Source of the DNA: Cyanidioschyzon merolae
Taxonomy: Eukaryota
Length of the DNA stretch: 64,000 nt
NCBI GenBank assembly: GCA_000091205.1
Contig: AP006484.2
Strand: one strand, 5' to 3'
The translations under genes were made by a program, and so were the position numbers. Below the pieces are notes generated by a model. The model was not told where the DNA came from. It did no database searches and saw nothing but the letters and a program-made list of their open reading frames with translations. This document shows, piece by piece, positions 11,301-20,177 of the stretch. Each line of letters starts with the position of its first letter. Position 1 is the stretch's first letter.

Positions 11301-12570
11301 CATGCTTGCGATAGAGCAACAGGCCGGCTCGCGGATACGCTGCTCGCTCAGGCCAAGTGCGCAGATACCACTCCAGATACGCTGCCGGTGTCCGAAAGTA
11401 CGGTGTCGATGATGGGGCCCGTGGATGGGTCACCCCAATGGCTGGAACTTCGACGACTTCGGGCACTGGGGTCACCAGGGGGATCTCCAGGACCTCTCGT
11501 GCGATGTAGAGTATCATCGAGACAATATTGGCGCGGCCTCCGGCGTTCCAGCGGGCGTAGACCTCGAGCCAACGTCGCAGGTCCTGTGCCTTCCCCAAGG
11601 GAATGTATTTGAGCAGCTTCGGTCCAGTCTTCAGGAACGAGAGGTACCCCGCCATTTTGTCTTCCTCACGACCAGCGAGGCCGAGTTTGCGGAGGACCAT
11701 GCGCAGCGCCGCAGGCAGCGAACTCGACTTGGCGTCACCGCGTTTCGCATCGCCCATGGTAAAAGCGCCCACCTGCGTACAGGACATCAATTCAAGCGAG
11801 CATTCGTAGACAAAGCGAAGCGGAATCGATCGGATGTGGTCACGGAGCCACTCGACGGCATCGTAGTCAAATAGGAGCGAACAAAGCACCGCGTCGGTCT
11901 CTCGTAAGACCTGGGCAAGATATTGCCGCCCGGTTTCATCCTGCAGGTCACGGTCTGTGAATACCAGTACCTCCAGCGTTGGAACCTGCCGATGTGCCTC
12001 CTCCGCTGCCGCCTTATAGAGCGCAATGTTGAACTTCTCGAAACCGGTAATCAACACCAAACGACGCAGCGTTTGTACGACAGGGCTCGGGGTGGTCGTA
12101 GCTCCGACCAGCTCCCGTTCTGAGGCCACTTTCGCGAGATTGGCGCTCTGTTGTTGGCTTGCATCCGTCTGCTGCACCGCCACGAGTAGACGGCGCTGCC
12201 GGCTGCGGCTGCGCGGTTGCACCCAGAAGCTGGCACGCGACCGTCGCTGTGCTCGCCACTGATAGCGGTAAGCGTGAACCGAAGCGTGCACTCGCCTGGG
12301 AGCACCCCACTGGAACAGCAAGCGAGCGTGTCGGCACGTGCACGCTGACGTCAGCGGCTGCTCGGTAACAGCGGACACGCGCTGCCCGGCGCAGTGCTCG
12401 ACATAAGAACAAGAAACGAGAAGTTTTTGACGACTGATGTGCCCTGCAGGCCAGGGGTTTGCTCCGAAAACGCTTTGCGCAGTGTTCTTTTCCAAGTTTG
12501 TACGGAAGCAGAGATCAATGTCTTTTGTTGCAGCTGCTCCAAGCGACTGCCCGCCCTTCATACGGTACAC
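8338..12570 (-). CDS. CHLH: Magnesium-chelatase subunit H (CHLH, CobN-family), with N-terminal transit-peptide-like extension
   Basis: The 1410-aa ORF has CobN/Mg-chelatase motifs (…LGMHGTAEWLPG…, …FVESFGNASTRRP…). Its length matches plant and algal CHLH (about 1380 aa). The first ~150 aa are Arg/Ser-rich and ill-conserved, as expected for a plastid transit peptide. Confidence 0.85.
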   Translation of the reverse strand: MYRMKGGQSLGAAATKDIDLCFRTNLEKNTAQSVFGANPWPAGHISRQKLLVSCSYVEHCAGQRVSAVTEQPLTSACTCRHARLLFQWGAPRRVHASVHAYRYQWRAQRRSRASFWVQPRSRSRQRRLLVAVQQTDASQQQSANLAKVASERELVGATTTPSPVVQTLRRLVLITGFEKFNIALYKAAAEEAHRQVPTLEVLVFTDRDLQDETGRQYLAQVLRETDAVLCSLLFDYDAVEWLRDHIRSIPLRFVYECSLELMSCTQVGAFTMGDAKRGDAKSSSLPAALRMVLRKLGLAGREEDKMAGYLSFLKTGPKLLKYIPLGKAQDLRRWLEVYARWNAGGRANIVSMILYIAREVLEIPLVTPVPEVVEVPAIGVTHPRAPSSTPYFRTPAAYLEWYLRTWPERAAYPRAGLLLYRKHVISEQSYIRELILALEEAGILPVPVFINGVEAHMVVRDLFTTSYELAQRRRGIRETSLREPDAARVDVIVSTIGFPLVGGPAGTMEAGRQTEVARRLLSAKGVPYMVAAPLLIQDLESWQQNGVVGLQSIVLYALPELDGAIDTIVLGGLVGDRIVLLPDRVRVLAERIRRWTSLACKPNQEKRIAVVVYGFPPGAGATGTAALLNVPRSLVRLLRALHEAGFNLGAPEVYQSFLEDESGERLLEAIRAADQVVEGSGVPVDKITTVHADELQSWLPREIATRVAKNWGGSLTRSDIKRLGAYLCLGGVSLGNIWLGVQPPVGIQGDPMRLLFERDATPHPQYLAFYLWIRRNFDAVIHLGMHGTAEWLPGLPLGNDDTSFPDLLFRDLPHIYVYAQNNPSESTLAKRRAYATLISHGVPPYGRAGLYGQLLNVRDQLRELEEELQAASASGKQALDALVVESLRASIEQAGLDCDLPLQGLEANDLDQLAADAAKLKTYLAELENRLFAEGLHILGMPPSAADMEKYVAALAEQQPAEQRSWQPQELQRLLQQRTDEIQNIIRALQGQYIPPAPGGDLIRDGPAVLPTGRNIHALDPYRVPTWIAFQRGAEIARAIIAQHQEKHPGTFPETVAVMLWGLDSIKTRGESIGTVLELVGAEPVREATGRIVRFELVPLSMLSHPRIDVLCSLSGIFRDAFEHVVCLLDDLFARAATVPDETPEQNYIKKHYDNEREAGRPRRLWSNPPSEFGSLVADRVETSTWQSGDELADTFVSRNAFSYGRGERGKQRPELFERLLGTVDRVVQQIDSVEYGLTDIQEYYANTGALARAAQMRKRRVSGDANAKVTASFVESFGNASTRRPRDLEELLRLEYRSKLLNPRWAEKMVTQGSGGAYEVSQRMTALLGWGGVADFGDDFVYEQAADQYALNEEIAQRLRQSNPEAFRNIVGRLLEAAGRGIWRHPDEERLAKLRALYEDIDAQLEGVL

Positions 12571-15516
12571 GACAATACTATGCTAACGGTAACGCAAACG
12601 CTCAGTTACAGCACACAAGTTGCCTGAAGAACCAGCAAACACCAACTCCCGGATGATCTGCTTGCAACCGTGCTTGCTATCCAGATACAATTCGATGATA
12701 CAGAAAAACGTTTACTGGAAAGTGTAACGGAATCGAGACGTTGATCTCGTGGCTGTCGCCAGCGCTGGAGATCGCACCCAATCGCCCGTGCGGATCTTTA
12801 TCGAAGCGGTGGAGGTCGCGATTCGTACCCTTCCAGGCTGGCATGTGTGTCGTTGCAGTGCGACTTTTTGTTTTCATGACCCGGGATGGATTGCGTCCGA
12901 CGCTGGATGCGACGTATCTACTCATGAGCGTGTTCGATGCGAATAGGATATGGAACTGCTCGTTCGGTTCCTTTCCGTCGATCCTTTTCCGAACTTGGTT
13001 TCGATGTACCGTTTCGAGATTGGACGTGCAGCGATCAGTGCTTTCGGATTCATACGTAATTTTAGGATTTTCGGTCGTTGATTCGGAGTGGCGTCTTTGA
13101 CGCTTTGCTGTTGGAATTCATAACGTGATCGCAATCAAGATGATTCGAGACGCGATCGAACGAGGATTCACCAAAGAACCAATATCAGGATCCAATGCGT
13201 CCACAGATATGATTCTCTAATCTTCTTGTCGTTTCTGTCAGACCAGCATGTTCAAATCACGCGTGCTTCAAGTTTTCAACCGTTCTGACTCAAGGCCTCT
13301 GGTGGGCGCAGTGATTCTCACCCTTTGAGTAACGAGGAATCAAACTCGAGGTTATCTCACACCGAATTCCTCACAGGATCATGCCGAACGTTTACAAGGC
13401 TTCTCCTGCAAGTTCATCGATTCCGTTCGAAACACGAATTCGGCTATCTTTTGTGGCCATGGACGAAGCGGTACTCCACAGGAAGATGAAGCTCCGCATG
13501 AGATCAGCGCCCACAGGCCCCCGTCCTTTGTGTTCCCATTGAAACCGGTGTTGAACTTTCTCATCGGAGCGATAAGGTCAGATGGAGACTGCGTCACCGC
13601 GCTGCACGGAGGCGGCGTAGAGGGATGGAAATCTTTCGATTTTCTGTCCAGCCTGGATTTTACTGCCTGTACTTGTTTCTTCATGGACTACATCGATTTC
13701 CGCAAATCTCTTTTCATCGAAATACAGAAAAGAATCAATATTGGGCTATCAGAGAAACTCAAGCTGATTCTCCGTGGTTCGACCAGACTGAACGCCCCCA
13801 AGGCCGTCACGAACAGGCTTAGGGAAACAAACGCGTATATCGATCACACAGCTTGTCCTCAGCACGAATTTGTGCTCGATGCTTTCGGCATCATTCACGA
13901 GGCAATCCGGGCTCGTCGGAACCTGTTTTCCACGGGCCTTTGGCTTCCGCGAACTGCGAATGTCCGATGAGGCATACTGAAAAGAGATGAACCAGGCCTG
14001 AAGAGCAAATGCATCATGCATGCGTATCAAGGGAGACACGCGGTCCACACACGACAGGTATGCCAGCGAAACAACTCTATGAACGAAACAAAGAAATCCT
14101 GGTGCTTTTCGAAACGAGGTGCGATTAAACGCCGGAGAACGTCTCCATTTAAAAACGATACACGTTCCTGAATGAAGCTCGTGTTTTGGGTGTCCTCATA
14201 GAAGCGACGCTGCGCACATCGTCATTCGAAGATGCTATGGTCTGAACAGGATACCGCAGGACGTACTTGCTTTTGCTGAAACACACAGAGCGCGTGCAGA
14301 AAAAATGCGTTCTTTTTTCGCCGCGAGCTCCTGCAACACGCTTGTGTCACGCCCAAGATCGCGTATTTTGGATGCGTCGAGGATCTTGTCGACCTGGAGA
14401 ATGTTGTAGAGGTACATTCCAGACTGAAGACAATTCTTGTTCTTGATCGTTTCGAGAAGGTGCTGGGTACACCTTATTCGCTCCGTGCTCTCTTGGACGC
14501 TGCGCGCACATCAGCTCCCCAACTGAACGACATGGCGGATGACGCGGACCTCATTCGCTCGGTGTCTCAATGCGAACTGTATAGCATAGAGAAGTGTGTT
14601 GTAAGATGCTCGGGCAGCGACCCTGAACCGTGTCAGGGTCCATGTCCAGCGGTGCATCAACGATTCGATGAAATGAATGCGAGCGGCCGACTACTCGCTT
14701 ACGGTGCTTGGCGGCACGACGGGGCGCTTCATGACCGGGGCTTCGTCGACGGCGACCAGCTCGGAAGATAGATGCACCGTAATGAACCTCCGTGGAATAT
14801 TCTGCGAGGGCGAACGCGCAGATGAGCAGATAGAACTGGCGCCTGTCAGCATTCTGCCGACGAAGCAAAGGCGCTTTTGCAGGCCGACGACTGCCCCGAT
14901 GCGCATGAAGAGAAGAGATTCTCGCCTTTTCCGAGCGCATCTCTCTGTCAGTTGTACCAGCGCAGGGATGGAAGCTTCTTTCGTCTACTTTTGTAGACGG
15001 GCATCCGCGCCGAGCTGCCGCAGCTGCGTCCGATTGAGAATAAGGTCATCGAAGACGAAGAGGAGCTGACTCCATCGAACTCTATGGAGCAGCCTTTCAG
15101 GCACGAAATGTGCCGGAGGCAACTGAATCCGATAGCAGGCAGCCGGTCAAATACCGGGAGGCGTCTATGAGTGGTTTTAGTTTACGCTCCATGATCATGA
15201 AGCTTTTTTTCCTGTTTCAATGATGACGTATCGCCATACCTGCAGGGCACGTTGAACGTGTGGTGCGCGTTGCTCGCACGCACGCATGCCCCGATGCGTG
15301 CACGCACGCATGCACGCACGCATGTCGATACGCAGCCAGCGCTGCCGTGCGTTTATCATCGAAAATCGCTTCTGAACTGGATACGAACAACGTATCGCGA
15401 TTCAGGCATTCCGTGGAGGTATCACGGGAAAGGCGGTCTCTTTCAAGCAGGTATTATACCAGCGTTTTTGTTGAAACGCTTGAACAAGCTGCTAGTAGCC
15501 TGCAGAAGTCTCCCTC

Positions 15517-16611
15517 ATGCAACAGAAACCCGAAAATATAGCGTTTGTGTCGGCAGCTTGGACCCGGCTTCGAAGTCAACGGCCGATTCTTGGCGGTACG
15601 ACCCGGGGGCTCACGCTGCCGAAACGAGCGCAGTGGCTGCCCTCTGGGGTATCCCTAGTCGTTAGACGACGGTGGCATCATTTGAATCCGTTTCGTGTGT
15701 GTGCCGCTGCGGATAGCGATGAGCGTGATCAGAGCCCGGTCGGCGGTGGCGAGGAGCCACCCACGGGACCCGGTAACAAGCCGGACAAACCTGTGGGCTC
15801 GCGTCCGTATATCGCAGTGATACCCGCACCGAGGCCGGTGTTGACAACAGGAATTATAGGCATCAACATCCTGACATACTTGGCGGAGCTCTACTTTGAG
15901 GTTGAGGGAAAACTCAGCGGGGCGAACTCTAACATCCTATTGGCTCTAGGCGCAAAGATCAACAGTGCGATCGCTGCAGGCCAGCTGTGGCGATTATTCA
16001 CGCCGATATTCCTGCACGGCGGCCTGCTGCATCTCCTAAGCAACACCTATGCATTGTACGCAATCAGCTATGAATGTGAAATGGCATATGGACCGCTTGC
16101 GTTTGCCGTGATCTACCTCGCGAGTGGCGCTTGGGGGAACCTGCTTTCCTACTGGTTCACGCCCTACTTGTCCGTAGGCGCCTCATCATCCATATTTGGT
16201 CTCTTTTCCGCTTATATTGTGTATCTGGTGAACAACTATGCAATTCTCGGTAGACAGGCGCGTCGCCAGATCACTGTGCTTGTTGCGCTCGTGGTTTTCA
16301 ACTTTGCATTTGGAAGCACACCAGGAGACGCTATCGACAACAGCGCACATCTGGGTGGTGCAATTGCCGGGGCGCTTCTGAGCGAGATCGTTGTCCCCGA
16401 ACTGATCCTTCGTGATGCGAACGGCCAGCTGCTGGAAAATTTGAAAGCGGAAGAGGTTGAGATGCAGTTACGAAAAGGAGGGAAGATTGAGGTGAAGCGC
16501 AAACCTGCTGCAACAGTTGTAAGCGCTGGTCTGTGGTTCTCTCTCTTGGCCTGCGGTGCAGCGATCTTGCGCTCGAGCCCGGCGGAGAATTTTGGTGGTG
16601 GCATGCTCTGA
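15517..16611 (+). CDS. Rhomboid-family intramembrane serine protease, with organellar-type N-terminal extension
   Basis: WRLFTPIFLHGGLLHLLSNTYALY is the rhomboid TM2 signature. The catalytic Ser lies in VGASSSIFGL, a GxSx motif where the canonical form is GxSG. The catalytic His lies in NSAHLGGAIAGALL. There are six or more predicted TM helices, and the N-terminus is basic and hydroxylated. Confidence 0.8.
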   Translation: MQQKPENIAFVSAAWTRLRSQRPILGGTTRGLTLPKRAQWLPSGVSLVVRRRWHHLNPFRVCAAADSDERDQSPVGGGEEPPTGPGNKPDKPVGSRPYIAVIPAPRPVLTTGIIGINILTYLAELYFEVEGKLSGANSNILLALGAKINSAIAAGQLWRLFTPIFLHGGLLHLLSNTYALYAISYECEMAYGPLAFAVIYLASGAWGNLLSYWFTPYLSVGASSSIFGLFSAYIVYLVNNYAILGRQARRQITVLVALVVFNFAFGSTPGDAIDNSAHLGGAIAGALLSEIVVPELILRDANGQLLENLKAEEVEMQLRKGGKIEVKRKPAATVVSAGLWFSLLACGAAILRSSPAENFGGGML

Positions 16612-18401
16612 ATGTAAACCGCAGAACAACTTGTATCGATAGATGGCGGGAACAGGCGCCGTTCGAATCCCACCAAGAACAGGGTTTGCAGGGAGTAGAT
16701 CACTAACTTGAGTTAAAGCATGACTGCCACGAAACAAGTTCCTTTGGGAAGCATCATACGCGCTCACAGCTGAAGCAGCTATCGCCCAATGCAATCAAAA
16801 GACTCGATTTTTTTGGCATCCAGAATCAAGTTCACTATCGTCGATCCCGGAGTGCAAAGCTCATGAGCGCTAGCACACCAGAGAATAGGCGGTCATCGCA
16901 TCCAGGGATAGCGTCGAGCGTTGGCGTGCGGTGGCTGTGCGGTGTGCGCACCTGCGCTCTGTCGTCGAGAAAAGGGCACTCGAGCAGATCCATCCGAGTG
17001 GTGACGCTCTGAGGCCCCCATCCGAAGCACGGCAGACACAACAGTATCGAGGATGCAGTTTCGGGGGGCATCGATGCGCCAGCACGCATATGCGCCAGCT
17101 CAGAGCCAAAGTTTTCCCCATTGATTTGTCTCTTGTCTTTTAAAAAGCTCAGTTCTGTTTATAGCAGTGAATTCTGGAATATCAGCACCATCATGCTTTT
17201 ATATTGTCCTTTCCTATTCTTGCAGGGATGCAGTAAAAGGCCTGTCTCTGATAGATTGACGAAAGTTCGTGAACAGAGTTGGTGTCGTCATTGCTCGCTT
17301 GCGACAAAGCAGTATTCGTTGTGAAAGTCATTCATACGACGGTCAGCAGGCGAACGAATCATGCATCTGGAGGTTCGTATGGTGAACGTCGAGCACGAAA
17401 GACATATCGTACTAAGCGCCATCGATGCTGCAGAGCTCTCGTCATTCCATTCTTCTGCGCCTGCTCTCTAAGAAATGCGAACAAAGAAGCCACCATGTGT
17501 GAAGTTTCTGCACAGTTCATATGACCGGCGATGCAGGGATGGGGATAGAAGACAGCGCGATTCTTTGGGCGACCGTCGCGCCTAGAACAAAACATGATCG
17601 ATTCCGTACTGCAACGCAAACGCTCATGAAAAGATGGACGGTGATCGTTTACCTCGATACAACATCACTCGGGAGATATGGTACACCTTTACATGGGTAT
17701 TCAACGAGCAGCAACCCGCTGTTCCTTAGTCAGAGACAAGCGAGTATCATCACATGATCAGCCCTGGTGGCGATGCTGTCGAGTCCTCGCCGACAACTCG
17801 CCAGAACGACATGATCGCTCAACGCCTCATGCGTCCTCGATACACTTTTGGTGGCTTCTTCTCCAGATATTCAACTGTTGGGGTATTAGACAACGTCGCT
17901 TTCCGTCGCTAATACATTGGTCTAAGAGGCCCCCTGCTGCGATTCCTATGGAACTGCTCTTCGTGAAATGCAAAGCGCTGCATCAGGAGCCAAGTTCGTC
18001 ATCTGGACTTGAATTTGCGGATACCAGCTAGCTCGTTGCGAGTCAGGATATGCGTCCATAGAGTTTCTGCAACAATAGTCGATTCAGGGACCTGTTCGAT
18101 GCGGCGCTAGCGAAAAACGTGCCGTCAAAGCTCGCAATGTATCTGGGCTCACTTCAACTGAGATCAATGCTGAAGGTTGGTCCTTCCCGCATTGTCGAGA
18201 AAGCGACGTTCCAGAGACATCGCCCCTGACGAGAGAACTTGTTGTCTGCATAAAATGCACCGCGACAAAAAAAAAACTGCTGCCATACCCAGGTTGCGCA
18301 AGTCGCTCCCGGAAGCGTCCGAGCGTGGTAGAGCGCTACGCTGGCTACCTGACGGATCAATAGATGGGGGTAAAGTTCGAGACCAAGTTTCATCAGTTCA
18401 T

Positions 18402-19826
18402 TTTACACCCACGTCACTGTAAAATACAATCGATTTATCACCAACGCCGCATAACCGAAAGCTCGGATCGCTTCAACCTCTCATAAGCACCAAACCGTTT
18501 GCGAGCAATGCTAGGCTTGCCATCCGTTGCCGTGCTCATCTCCGGCATTCAATACACCGGTATCGCTATTCCACCAGGCCTCGTCCGTAGTCGTCGTTCA
18601 GCGGCGCTGGTGGCAGCGCTCAACATTCACGATGACCCAGTTTCCAGCTCGTATCGATGTATTCCACACAACAACGAAAGTCCTCATCCATACAATGCCT
18701 GGCAGGTTCAGCTTCTGGGTACACAGCCGCGGTGCGCCCTTCGCAGCCGCTAACACTCGGTTGTCGTCAGGGATGCAAATGTTTCCGCCACACCGCCGCC
18801 TCATGCTCCCCTGAGCGCCGCTCTGAGGCACATCAAGACTTGGCCCAGCGCTCGCTTCTCGGCATTGACGGACGCCCACAGAGCGCTATTCGAGACGCCC
18901 TCACCCGCTGTCGATCCTGGTGCGGTTTCCCGGGATGTCGTCCCGCTTCTGGTTGATACCTTGCGCCGGTGCTCTGTCCGCTGTGCATACGATGGGGGCG
19001 CCATGCTCCCAGCCGCATCCGCATGTGGGATATTCGGTCATGTACAGGATGCAATACGTGCGGGACGGGAAATCCATACTGCACAACTGGATCCTACGCG
19101 TCGATCCGCCTATGCTTCGTCCATGAACAACGGTGACGCAGGCTCCACTGGAGTGCGGGTGCTGTGATGGCTCCAGCCCGAGTCCAAGGCGCTTTCGCGA
19201 GGAAACAGAAGAGACGGAGACGTCTCGCGGACGCATCCCACGAGATGTGATGTGCAGCCGTGGACTCGCGTCTCGTCGGTGTTCGCAACGAGACAGAGAG
19301 CGAGCGCGTGGACAGCGGAGATTGTTTCTCGAACGGAGTCGATGATTCGACGCACGAAGCTCAGTGAGCGTCTGGCACGATGCTGTGACATACTCGTCAA
19401 GCGGCAAGGTAGAGTGCTTTCCCTCGTCAGTCCGGACGCGGCACCTGCTGCGCGTACGTGTTGCCTCGAAACCGAACGATCGCATACTTGAGGCGTGTGT
19501 GGATTCGGCACGCTTTACGTAAGGAGAAGCGAAGAACAGACGCTTGCCCGTCTGCACTGCATCGTGATACCGTCCAGCTTACGAACACTGGGTCGAGGGG
19601 GTCGCGACTCCTCTTGGACTCGGTCAGGAGTACGGATAGCAGCGGCGAGGCGTCCGTGAAGTCACTTGGAAAAACTTCCGAGCCTCTCTGAATGACGCAC
19701 GAGTCCGTGAGCCGTCGTCGCTGGACTTGGAATACCGAAGCTGTCCATGTAAAGCATAGCTCGGAAAAATAGATACAGACAAATAGAACGAGCAGGTCAG
19801 TGTTTCCTTTTACCTGAAACGTGTAT
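18402..19826. repeat. Left copy of 1425-bp direct repeat flanking the GH31 gene
   Basis: It is collinear with 24365..25789 at a constant offset of 5963 bp, differing only by scattered point substitutions (about 99% identity). The same spurious ORFs appear in both copies at identical offsets. Neither copy has a recognisable coding capacity. Confidence 0.9.
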
Positions 19827-20177
19827 CGTGAAAAACGCGACAACTTGGACTACTGGAGAGTTGCGCCCCGCCATGAAAGACGTCAAACAGCATCGTAGAA
19901 GCTTAGCTTTCTGGTTTCGGTAACCACTGAATTGTCACACTCACACAGTTTACGTAAAGTACCTTCCTCATCAATAAAAATGAGAGAGCAATCAAGTCCT
20001 CGGGACGCTCACGTCTCCTGAGCCTTGGCCAATACCATATGGCGAGTAGCAACCTCCAGCGTTTCACTTGTCCGTTGTGGTTGCTTCTGGTCGAACGATA
20101 GACGCTGGAAAGACACGCTGGCCTCTCATTCGTTTCAGCTGCAGTAACCGCGTATTTATGTTCACTGGTTTTGTGTT

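Noticed and set aside
8338-12570. Bacterial cobaltochelatase CobN / prokaryotic operon interpretation (GidA and CobN both present).
   Set aside because: The neighbours are unmistakably eukaryotic (Nup98/Nup96, TAF4, Mps1, MPC, Sec14). The CobN-family protein has CHLH length and a transit-peptide-like N-terminus. No operon organisation or Shine-Dalgarno-type spacing is present.
16630-16700. tRNA gene suggested by a GTTCGAATCC T-loop-like motif.
   Set aside because: I could not build a T-stem, anticodon arm or acceptor stem around it by hand. A similar TTCAAAT motif near 13250 fails in the same way.
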